This document shows positions 17,301-26,400 of a DNA stretch of 64,000 nucleotides, piece by piece. The notes beneath the pieces are model-generated. The model was given only the letters and a program-made list of their open reading frames with translations, did not search any database and was not told where the DNA came from. The stretch comes from an uncultured Clostridia bacterium. Lineage in GTDB: Bacteria > Bacillota > Clostridia > Christensenellales > UBA1242. Each line of letters begins with the position of its first letter. Positions within the stretch are counted from its first letter, which is position 1. The stretch is from contig CALVNW010000005.1 of assembly GCA_944350015.1 (NCBI GenBank), positions 12,296 through 76,295 of the forward strand, in the 5' to 3' direction. The position numbers and the translations under genes were made by a program.

Positions 17301-17922
17301 AAGGTGCTGACGTCACTTTTAATCGCCGAAAGGCGCGTATTTTAGTTGCCGAAGGCAACCAAAATACCCCTTAGAAACCCTAAAGCTTAGAAAGACCCCA
17401 CATTTTTTGTCTGAAAAATTTTTTCGAAGTACGTAAATTTGCTTGACAAAAAATGCGGGGGGGGTAGAATAGGGTATCGAAAAAATTGTGGAGACACCAA
17501 AACACTATACGCGGACACGCCTTACAAGTAAGGCTAACCGCTAGTGTACGCATTTTTCGGAATATAGATTCCTCAAATGCTTTTGGTTTCTCTCCCATAC
17601 CCTCTTCCACCCCCTAGAAAATTCCTCTGGAATTTTCGTCGTAAAGAGGAGCCTTACCGGCTACGCTTTTATGACGCAGGGTGAGAGGGGTCGATAAAGG
17701 TGACACCCCTAGTTTAAGTTTTAACTTTATATTTTTAATATGTTTTACTTTAATTTTCCCTTAAAACAACAAATTGAAAATATTTTAAAATTTGTTATTA
17801 AATTTGACGCAATTGTGACGACACGCTTGTGACAAAGGGTAAATTAAAGGTTAAAATAGGGGTATAAACTAGATGATTTTACACAAAGTAATATAAAAAA
17901 TTAAATAAAGGAGTAAGAAAAA
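17301..17922 (+). repeat. conserved upstream expression cassette, copy 1 (contains a copy-specific 248-bp insertion at 17479-17726)
   Basis: Near-identical to 26401-26829 and, from the promoter onward, to 52423-52705. Confidence 0.9.
17443..17470 (+). promoter_or_regulatory. promoter P1 with a G8 tract in the spacer (copy 1)
   Basis: TTGACA (17443-17448), 16-nt spacer aaaaatgcGGGGGGGG, TAGAAT (17465-17470). Confidence 0.5.
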
Positions 17923-19929
17923 ATGAGTCTAAAGATGAAATTAGTATCAATGATATCTGCGTTTGTACTTGTAATAGGAATGCTATTAATAGGAGTATTT
18001 GCAGTAAACCAAGCTCAAGTGGATATGGGTGGAAGCATTACCTTTAACGCAGATGATGTCTACGCTCGTGTTACAGGAAATGTAACAAAGGCGCAGGTTG
18101 CACCAGAGGATTTGGATGTAACCTATTCTGCCACTGGAACAACAGGCAACCCTACAGCGTGGGAAAACCTTAACCTTGAGTTTGATAGTTATGCCACACC
18201 AATAGTGATATCAATCACAGTAGAGAACCTAAGTACAGAGAGGAGCTTAACAGTAAACTTAACAGACGCTCTTACCTCTAGTGTGCCAAACTTAGGTAAA
18301 GCACTACAAAGAGATAATGGCGCGTATACAAGTGGAACAAATATAACCTTAGACCCTAAGGATAATGGCACAAGCACCACAACCTTTACCATAACCTTGT
18401 CAGTTACCGACAAAAACCAATCTCTCACCAACGCTCAGTTTGACTATGACCTTAATCTCTATGACGAGAGCGTAGCGCCAAAAGAAATTTTAGAAGGTTT
18501 TATATTTGACGATAGTGGCAATTTAACCTCATATACAGGTACAGATAGTGAAGTTACAGTCCCATCCTCATATTCTATGATAGGAGAGCCTACAACAAAA
18601 TCTCTATATTTTGAAACGGTTGATAGCACAGAAGAATATATGATGACATTAGTAGGCATAACTAATTTTAAGTTAACAACAGACGATGGCGAAGAATATA
18701 TATTAGATGACTTCGGAGATATGGTTTTTTCTCCAGATTTTGAAAGCAAGTTCCCTTGCACGCTAGAGTATAAAGATTATTCTAATGTTACTTTCACAAC
18801 AGGCAGTGACTATCAAGTAGAAGGGGTGGTAGGTGCATTTATAATGAATCAGACTATTCAAACAGTTAATCTTCCTGATACTATTAAAAATATAGGGATT
18901 TATTCGTTTACTACATCTACTTTGAATAATATAACCTTGCCAGAAGGTTTAATAAGTATAGGGGGTAGTGCATTCTATGGTTGCAGTAGCCTTACAAGTA
19001 TAACCTTGCCATCAAGTTTAACAAGTATATATTATGGTGCATTTTGGGATTGTGAAGGACTTACAAGTATAACCTTGCCATCAAGCTTAATAAGTATAGG
19101 TAAGGGTGCATTTAAGGATTGCAGTGGACTTACAGGGAAGTTGGATTTTAGCAATTGTACAAGTTTAACAAGTATAGGGGAATGGGCATTCTATGGTTGC
19201 AATGACCTTACAAGTATAACCTTGCCAGACAGTTTAATGAGCATAGGGGAGCGGGCATTCTATCAATGCAGTGGACTTACAAGTATAACCTTGCCAGACA
19301 GTTTAATGAGCATAGGGGAATATGCATTCTATGGTTGCAGTAATTTACAGCCATCAACAACTGATGATAACGGAGTAAAATATTTAGGCAGTGAACAAAA
19401 CCCATATTTAGTATTATGGGATGGAACAGGTATAACAAACTCGTCTTATACAGTCAATCCAGATTGTAAAATTATTTGCCCTAGCGCATTCTCTGGCTGC
19501 GATGTACTTACAAGCATAACCTTGCCAGAAGGTTTAAAAAGTATAGGAGATTATGCATTCCAAGATTGCAGTGGACTTACAACTGTAGATTTAAGTAATT
19601 GCACAAGTTTAACAAGTATAGGGATGCATGCATTCAGATATTGCAGTGGACTTACAAGTATAACCTTGCCAGAAAGGTTAACAAGTATAGGGGAGTATGC
19701 ATTCTCTAGTTGCAGTAAATTAACAGAAGTCATTATAGATAGCGAGTATGTATATACCAATGCAACATCGAGATCGGCGTGTGGTTATTTGTTTGGTAAC
19801 TCATCTACCACCACTGTTAAGGTTTTGACCAGTTTGGATGATGGAACTAATAGTTATATCACCACAAACTTCACGAAGGGTCCAACCGAGGTAATTAACG
19901 GAAAGAATTATACTGTTTACTCTAAATAA
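17923..19929 (+). CDS. BspA-type leucine-rich-repeat surface protein (paralog 1)
   Basis: 668 aa. N-terminal signal/anchor MSLKMKLVSMISAFVLVIGMLLIGVFAV. More than 8 repeats of LTSITLPxxLxSIGxxAFxxCxxL. Confidence 0.9.
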   Translation: MSLKMKLVSMISAFVLVIGMLLIGVFAVNQAQVDMGGSITFNADDVYARVTGNVTKAQVAPEDLDVTYSATGTTGNPTAWENLNLEFDSYATPIVISITVENLSTERSLTVNLTDALTSSVPNLGKALQRDNGAYTSGTNITLDPKDNGTSTTTFTITLSVTDKNQSLTNAQFDYDLNLYDESVAPKEILEGFIFDDSGNLTSYTGTDSEVTVPSSYSMIGEPTTKSLYFETVDSTEEYMMTLVGITNFKLTTDDGEEYILDDFGDMVFSPDFESKFPCTLEYKDYSNVTFTTGSDYQVEGVVGAFIMNQTIQTVNLPDTIKNIGIYSFTTSTLNNITLPEGLISIGGSAFYGCSSLTSITLPSSLTSIYYGAFWDCEGLTSITLPSSLISIGKGAFKDCSGLTGKLDFSNCTSLTSIGEWAFYGCNDLTSITLPDSLMSIGERAFYQCSGLTSITLPDSLMSIGEYAFYGCSNLQPSTTDDNGVKYLGSEQNPYLVLWDGTGITNSSYTVNPDCKIICPSAFSGCDVLTSITLPEGLKSIGDYAFQDCSGLTTVDLSNCTSLTSIGMHAFRYCSGLTSITLPERLTSIGEYAFSSCSKLTEVIIDSEYVYTNATSRSACGYLFGNSSTTTVKVLTSLDDGTNSYITTNFTKGPTEVINGKNYTVYSK

Positions 19930-20253
19930 TTCCTTAAGGGTTATTATTTTGTGGCGTTAAAAGTTAATAATGTTGAAATACACGTGATAAATTGTATTTA
20001 ACGTTTCATATAAAATTATTACAAACTATCATAATAAAAAGAAGAGGGTTAGTGGAGTTTTACAAAACTATCCTTCTTTTTTGATATGTTTATATGCTAA
20101 TATGAAAAAATGTTGAGATAAAATAAAAAATTATTGATTAAAAAATATTAATAATTAAAATATTTTAAAAATATTTGCAAAAAATATAATTATATGTTAA
20201 ATTAAATATAGGATTTTACTTTACAATTTTGCCTGCATTTTTTAAGGTGAGTT

Positions 20254-22614
20254 ATGAAAAAAGTTTTTGTTTTTCTTTTTGCATTTTTATTTTGTCTATC
20301 GGGTGGCATATTATTGACATCTTCTTTTAATATGGACAAGGTGGCAAGTGCCGAAGATATCAACTATAGCGAAATAAATGTATCAAATGGTCAACAGCTA
20401 TTATCAACGCTTTCGGCAAATTCAACCTACAACAATGCAAATGTAAAAATCGTTTTAACAGATGATATAGACCTTGAGGGGATAGACCTTTCGCCTGCCT
20501 ATCTTGAAAGGCGGGTATTTACCGGCTTTTTTGAAGGCAATGGTTATGAAATTTCAAACTTTACTCTTTCGTCAAACACAAATGTCTATGGTCTTATACC
20601 TTACGCCTCTGGAGCAATTTTTCAAAACATAAGGATAACTGGCGCGGTAAATTTCTCTTTTGCTGAGAATAGTTTGCCAATCTATGCAGGTGTTTTAGTA
20701 GGTCAAGGCGAGAATGTGACGATTAAAAATTGTGAACTTTACAATGTAACCGTAAATATGGTTGACGAGGGTGGCGAGCAGGTTGAAGAGCGTAGTGAGC
20801 AGACTATAAGCATTCCTGTCAGCTCAAATTTGACCTTTGGAGGAATTATAGGGCTTGCAACAAGCTATTCAAGCGCTCTTGAGTCAAGTTTGACAACCAT
20901 ACAAAATTGCATAAACTATTATGACCTTCAAATTACATTGAACGCAAATAGTCGCATTGCAGTTGGCGGTATTGTTGGCGCGCTCAATAGCGGAAGTAGG
21001 GTTATAAACTGCCTAAACTATGGGAATATCAACATTACGAAAACCTCTCAAGTGACTGAGGCAAGCACTTCAAGTCAATATGTTGGCGGTATAGCAGGAG
21101 AGATAAGTGGCAATTCAACCACAATCAAGAATACAGCTTATGGTGGCACCATATCTTCTAATATTACAGATGCAAACTTCTACGCTGGCACACTTGTGGG
21201 CTACCTAAACTGCGCGCAGGCAAGCACAAATTACAATATTAACTTTTCATATTGGTCACAAAGCGCGTTAAATTATTATGGCACTGGCTATAAAATTTCG
21301 TCAGACTACCTTAAGCAACAAGGACTAATCAATAGGGCGTTTTTATCAAATGCCGACAACTTTGACAGCGTGGAGCCTAGCTTTGATTTCAACTATGACT
21401 TTACTATGATTGAAGGCGAAATTTTACTCCAAAGATTTCAAAATTATACGTTAGAATTTAATTCTCCTTTAGATAACGGGAATATTATAGCGAGTGCGAC
21501 CTTTAAAAGCGACACTCAATCTGTTACTAGCAATGCAATTAATGTTCGATATGGCGAAGAGATAACGATAACTATAACTTTTGCCGATGACTATATTGGC
21601 TACTATACATTATCTTCAACTACAGCGCCAATTTCAACTACGACAGGTCAGTTGTCAGCCGAATATTACACGGCAACACCACTTACAGACACGCGTGGTA
21701 TTTATGGGTACGAAATTTTATTGACTGCGTGTGACAGAACAGAAGGAGTATACTCTTTTACCCTAGATGAAGAGCAATATCTCTGCGAATTTGAAATTTC
21801 CGAGCAGGCAGACGCTGAAAGTCAAGGGATGCTTAGAAGAATAGGTGCAGAGCGTTCTACTACTCATATAAGTTTCCCATTTTCATATAGAAGTAGGTCA
21901 TTAAGCGTCAGAGCAGAGGGCAGTGGGTTCTATAGTTTTTCACATTGGGAATTATATTACAAGGACTCAAGCGGACAGTTTACTGAGCAAGCTTCTTTAA
22001 ATGACGAAATTAGAACAAGCGCGGTAGTAACTGTTGAGTATGGTACAGCACCTTGGTCAGAAGAGTTTAAGCTTGTTGCATACTTCACCGATGAAGAGGC
22101 GGTTAAATTAACAATAGGGAACTATTCAAGTGAGGCTGTAAGTTCAATCACTATTGATGAAGCACCATACACTGGGGAAGAGATGAGAATTCCGCCAAAC
22201 GGTACAATCACTCTTGAGGTTACAACAAATTCTGGCTACGTTATGGACGTCAATGCTTTCACCGTTTTAATTCAAAGGCTGTATGGTGACAATACAACTG
22301 ACGGGCTAGTATCTGACCCAATTGTCAATGAAGGCACAGGGCAAACGACCTATAGATTTAGAATTAATATGACCTATCTGCGTCCAAATATTACTGACAA
22401 TCAACTTCCACTTACTTTGATTATCACAGAGGATGGCTCTGGAAACAGTGATGATCTGCTATGGGTTTATATCGTTGTGCCAATAGTTGCCGTTTTGATA
22501 ATAGGTTTGATTATCTTCCTTATAATTAGACATCATCGTGGTGGCGGTGGCAAAAAAGCAAAAGCTGTTAAAGGGGGCGGAAAGAAAGAAAATTATAGAG
22601 ATTATTACGTATAA
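20254..22614 (+). CDS. GLUG-motif surface protein with C-terminal membrane anchor
   Basis: 786 aa with a signal peptide. Repeated GGI(I/V/A)G motifs (FGGIIGLA, VGGIVGAL, VGGIAGEI). C-terminal TM helix plus a G/K-rich tail. Confidence 0.75.
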   Translation: MKKVFVFLFAFLFCLSGGILLTSSFNMDKVASAEDINYSEINVSNGQQLLSTLSANSTYNNANVKIVLTDDIDLEGIDLSPAYLERRVFTGFFEGNGYEISNFTLSSNTNVYGLIPYASGAIFQNIRITGAVNFSFAENSLPIYAGVLVGQGENVTIKNCELYNVTVNMVDEGGEQVEERSEQTISIPVSSNLTFGGIIGLATSYSSALESSLTTIQNCINYYDLQITLNANSRIAVGGIVGALNSGSRVINCLNYGNINITKTSQVTEASTSSQYVGGIAGEISGNSTTIKNTAYGGTISSNITDANFYAGTLVGYLNCAQASTNYNINFSYWSQSALNYYGTGYKISSDYLKQQGLINRAFLSNADNFDSVEPSFDFNYDFTMIEGEILLQRFQNYTLEFNSPLDNGNIIASATFKSDTQSVTSNAINVRYGEEITITITFADDYIGYYTLSSTTAPISTTTGQLSAEYYTATPLTDTRGIYGYEILLTACDRTEGVYSFTLDEEQYLCEFEISEQADAESQGMLRRIGAERSTTHISFPFSYRSRSLSVRAEGSGFYSFSHWELYYKDSSGQFTEQASLNDEIRTSAVVTVEYGTAPWSEEFKLVAYFTDEEAVKLTIGNYSSEAVSSITIDEAPYTGEEMRIPPNGTITLEVTTNSGYVMDVNAFTVLIQRLYGDNTTDGLVSDPIVNEGTGQTTYRFRINMTYLRPNITDNQLPLTLIITEDGSGNSDDLLWVYIVVPIVAVLIIGLIIFLIIRHHRGGGGKKAKAVKGGGKKENYRDYYV

Positions 22615-22637
22615 AAATTGACAACTGGAGGACAAAG

Positions 22638-24704
22638 ATGGGTTTGATTGACCAGTTATTTGAACAAATAAAAAACTCTAAAGATTCTGAGAAAGAGGCG
22701 GTTGATTTTTTAAACCACACCTATTTTGGTGATGAGGAGGTTAAATCTCAAGCCGAGCAATATGTTTCACATATTTTAAATGATGTTGTAAAACAAAACA
22801 AAGAGTTGTCGCCTCTTGAGGCTAAAATTATTCATTGCATACTTGCAAAGATGACGCTTGCACAGTTAAATTTGGATAATATAGAAGTTAATTACTTAGA
22901 TAGACCAAATAATAGTAATGCAGGGGCATTTTATAGAAACAATACCATCAACTTTTTTAATCAATCGGTCTGCAATAAAGAAGAGTTTCTTTTGCCTTAT
23001 GGCAAAGACTCAGAAAGAGGGGGAAGAAGTAGACTCAATTATTTTGTGAATGAGTTGTTTAAACTTGAACACGAAATTCAACACGCAGTGCAGTTTGAAA
23101 GTATGAATGCAAGCACTTCTAACCCCGAACAATTATCTGTTGACGATTACATAATCAGCAGGCAGTATGTAGCTCGACTTTTTGCAACAGCAGAAAATTC
23201 AAAATACTATAAGCAAGGACTTAATGCCGATAGGTTGTATTACGATAATCACAATCAATTTTATTATGAGATTGATGCAGATTTAAAGGGAATGGAAAGA
23301 ACATTATCCCTACTAAATAATCTTTCAAAACCTGCCTATGACCTGGCTGTAGATGAAAAAATTGGCTGGAAATTCTTATCTAAGATTGAAGAGAAACAAG
23401 AGCAGATTGACAACTATGGCGATGTTGCTTGGTCTCACAACACTAATCCTAAAAACTTAAAAGTCAGTGCAAATCATAAGGCAAGTATGATAGTCGACAA
23501 TATTCTTCCACTCTTAGATAACAAGCAAAGGGAAGAATTTATGCGAACATATCCAGCCTTGCATATAACATATAATCGTGATGGCTCGAAGAAAAGCTTA
23601 GAACAAATAGAAAGAGAATTTTTTGAGAAGAAGAACAAAATACTAACAAATGGGACCGATGAGCAAGTAAGCGTTGAAGTGCCGAAGCTTGAGAAATTAC
23701 AAGTTGCTGTAATTGAGAGTGACCCTCTTCTTTCTTTTGAAAAGTGTTTACAGCATATTGCTAGAATGACTTGGGATGAACAGAGATATTATACAGACTC
23801 TGGGATAGAAGAAAAATACAATCCTAAGTGTATAGGTACTGAGATAAAAATGGCAAGAGAAAAAGCTACAAAAATTGCCGAGTATTTTGAAGAATCACAA
23901 GCAAAATCAGCAACGAAAATACTAGACAAGTACAAAAAAGAAATATTGAACAGCCGAAAGCATAATGCAAGAGATTTGCGTTTCTTTGAGCAAAAAAAGT
24001 TGGCAATTTTTGATATCGAGGGCGAGATAAACGCAAACAAGATTGTTCACGATGTCATTAAAAAGGATTCTCTAGAGGCCCAAACAAAAAGGCGAAGGCA
24101 ACGTCAAGACCAAACCCAAGCTCGACAAATTATTGAAAAAGTTTTCCCAACATTTCAACCTTCTCCACAAGTTGGCACTTTAAAAGATAGCTCGGTGGAA
24201 TTGTTAAATAACAGTAAGGAACAACTTATGCTTATGGAAGCTTATAGGGAATATATTAAAACTATTATTTCGCAAAAGAAATCTTTTGATAAAGACAAAG
24301 ACTTTGTTCCATCTGGTGTTTTGTTGTCTGCTATAAAAACTCTTTATAACTTTACGCCAAGCGAAGAAGAAAAATCTGAATTTATGAAAGCTTTAAATAA
24401 TGGTGAAATTGATGTAATAGAAAATAAGTATCAGAGCAGACAAAACAAAGGTGCCTACTCGCAATCAGAGGTTGAAAGCGTGGAAGGTAGAAGTTATAGC
24501 TTTAAATCTATCACTCCACAAACAAAAAAGCAAGAGAAGAGTACGGATTTTAAAGACCCTGAGGCTGACGGGGAACAGGGGTTTTATAGGAGCCAGCGAA
24601 AAGAAAATGAAGAGGTTGAATTAGATGAATATGGTGTTCCAATACCAAAGACAAAGGGATTTAATGATAAAAATTTTAATCAGGATATAGAGTTTAACAG
24701 ATAA
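22638..24704 (+). CDS. large hypothetical protein with an HExxH motif
   Basis: 688 aa. RBS ggagga, 23 nt after the GLUG gene. LEHEIQHAV is a possible zincin motif. No signal peptide; K/E-rich. Confidence 0.65.
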   Translation: MGLIDQLFEQIKNSKDSEKEAVDFLNHTYFGDEEVKSQAEQYVSHILNDVVKQNKELSPLEAKIIHCILAKMTLAQLNLDNIEVNYLDRPNNSNAGAFYRNNTINFFNQSVCNKEEFLLPYGKDSERGGRSRLNYFVNELFKLEHEIQHAVQFESMNASTSNPEQLSVDDYIISRQYVARLFATAENSKYYKQGLNADRLYYDNHNQFYYEIDADLKGMERTLSLLNNLSKPAYDLAVDEKIGWKFLSKIEEKQEQIDNYGDVAWSHNTNPKNLKVSANHKASMIVDNILPLLDNKQREEFMRTYPALHITYNRDGSKKSLEQIEREFFEKKNKILTNGTDEQVSVEVPKLEKLQVAVIESDPLLSFEKCLQHIARMTWDEQRYYTDSGIEEKYNPKCIGTEIKMAREKATKIAEYFEESQAKSATKILDKYKKEILNSRKHNARDLRFFEQKKLAIFDIEGEINANKIVHDVIKKDSLEAQTKRRRQRQDQTQARQIIEKVFPTFQPSPQVGTLKDSSVELLNNSKEQLMLMEAYREYIKTIISQKKSFDKDKDFVPSGVLLSAIKTLYNFTPSEEEKSEFMKALNNGEIDVIENKYQSRQNKGAYSQSEVESVEGRSYSFKSITPQTKKQEKSTDFKDPEADGEQGFYRSQRKENEEVELDEYGVPIPKTKGFNDKNFNQDIEFNR

Positions 24705-24798
24705 AAATTGAATAGTATTAATGATAAAATTTATATGGATAAAATTAATTTTATAAGTGGTTTGTCGTAATTTTTATAAAATTTTCTATAACAAGCAA

Positions 24799-24830
24799 AA
24801 ATGTTAGTTCTGCAATTAGAACTAACATTT
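24799..24830. terminator. bidirectional terminator
   Basis: 13-bp perfect stem aaatgttagttct/agaactaacattt between convergent genes. Confidence 0.7.
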
Positions 24831-24865
24831 ATTTTTATAGCAATAATTTTAGTTTAAAGACGCTG

Positions 24866-25876
24866 TTATGCAAGCTTATTTGCGATGGTGTTGTCGACTG
24901 CTTGAGAATAAGTTACATTGTACTGCTCTTCGGTTGTTGTTGAGTTGATAATTTCCATCATCTTATTGAAGGACTCTTCGGTCATTACAGGACTTGAGCA
25001 CCAAGCGTCAATTGCAAGGTACTGCTCAACTGCTATCTGCAAATCTTCAATAGTCATACCTGCAAATGATGGCGCAAGCGCTTGAGCTACAAGAAGCGAA
25101 GATTGGGTAGAAATGTACTTGTATCCTTTTTGTACCGCTCTTAAAAACTTTTCAGCCTGCTCACTCTTTTCATCAAGGAAAGATTGCTTGGTGGCAAACA
25201 CGGTGTATGGAAGGTAGCCTGAGAACTCTCCAACGGCATCTAACACATAGCCATTACCTTCTTTTTGAAGGTTTGTAGCAGTTGGCTCAAACAAGGTACA
25301 GTATTCACAACCGCTTGTTATGAACTCACTTCCTATCATTGGGAAGGCTACGTCTGTTCTTAGGTTAACCTCGCCATTTGCAGTGTTTGTGCCTATTGTC
25401 ATTCCTGCTTGCTCTATGATATACTCAAGAGTCATAGCAGGCATACCGCCTTGTCTGCCGGCAATGATTGTCGTGCCTTTAAGGTCGTCAAGAGTGAATT
25501 CGCTGACTTGGTCACGTGAAACAAAGAATGAACCATCCTTTTGAGTAAGTTGACCGAAAACTACGGGACTATCTTTAGTGCCTTGTGAGTATACAACGGT
25601 TTCAGGACCAACAAGTACAACGTCAGCACTACCGCTAAGGAGGGCAGTCATTGAGGCGTCGGAGCCAGTAGCACTTTCAATAGTGACCTCAAGCCCTTCA
25701 TCTTCAAAGTAGCCAAGGTTTGCAGCTGCGTAAAGCGGAGCATAGAAGATACTATGAGTAACTTCGTTTAGTCTTATTTTGTTGTCATCTCCTCCACAGC
25801 CGACAAGCATCAAGCTTGAAGCAAGTACGATAGCAAGGCAGACTATGAATATAGAGATACTTTTTAATTTTTGCAT
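24866..25876 (-). CDS. ABC-transporter substrate-binding lipoprotein (NMT1/THI5-like, NitT/TauT type)
   Basis: 336 aa with lipobox LVGCGG. Overall resemblance to sulfonate/HMP-type binding proteins. No permease or ATPase gene is adjacent. Confidence 0.75.
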   Translation of the reverse strand: MQKLKSISIFIVCLAIVLASSLMLVGCGGDDNKIRLNEVTHSIFYAPLYAAANLGYFEDEGLEVTIESATGSDASMTALLSGSADVVLVGPETVVYSQGTKDSPVVFGQLTQKDGSFFVSRDQVSEFTLDDLKGTTIIAGRQGGMPAMTLEYIIEQAGMTIGTNTANGEVNLRTDVAFPMIGSEFITSGCEYCTLFEPTATNLQKEGNGYVLDAVGEFSGYLPYTVFATKQSFLDEKSEQAEKFLRAVQKGYKYISTQSSLLVAQALAPSFAGMTIEDLQIAVEQYLAIDAWCSSPVMTEESFNKMMEIINSTTTEEQYNVTYSQAVDNTIANKLA

Positions 25877-26400
25877 TATTCCTCCTTACAACAATCAATT
25901 TATGTGAAAATTTGCACATATGTGATAATTTGGGTGTCCTAAGGGGATTTTTATCAAGGTTTTATTAGAACGCCTTTTATTTTTTGTTTTAAAAATCAAA
26001 ACAGCCAGCCAATCGCTCCTTCGCTCGCACACACGCTCGCGCTGACGCACTTGCATATACGCTCGTGCTGACGCACTCGCTCTTCTTGCTCCGCTCGCGC
26101 CCGCGGGACCATAGACCCCGCGAGGCACGTCGCTCCGCTATCTCTCCGAACGGGCGAGTAGAAAGTAGTAGCATAACCTTTCTCTTCTATTAATAGAAGA
26201 CCAGCCTTACGCTGGGCGAAGTATCGTTTAGTTTTACTGTTGTTTAGTTGTACCTTGGTCCACCAACCTTAGGTTGGACCAGTATCGTTGAGTGTATCCA
26301 TTGTTTTATTGTATCTTGGTCCAGCAAACTTAGTTTGCATCATTATCGTTTATTGTACTTGTAATTTAGTTGTACTTTGGTCCGTCGGAATAACCTAAAA

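Noticed and set aside
17380-17610. 76-aa minus-strand ORF in the surface-gene leader
   Set aside because: It has no RBS, lies across the promoter and the copy-specific structured insertion, and is absent from the other two cassette copies.
25895-26174. Two overlapping minus-strand ORFs (77 aa and 61 aa) in the G+C-rich island
   Set aside because: Their Arg/Ala-rich translations come from G+C-rich repeat DNA. They have no RBS and overlap each other in different frames.
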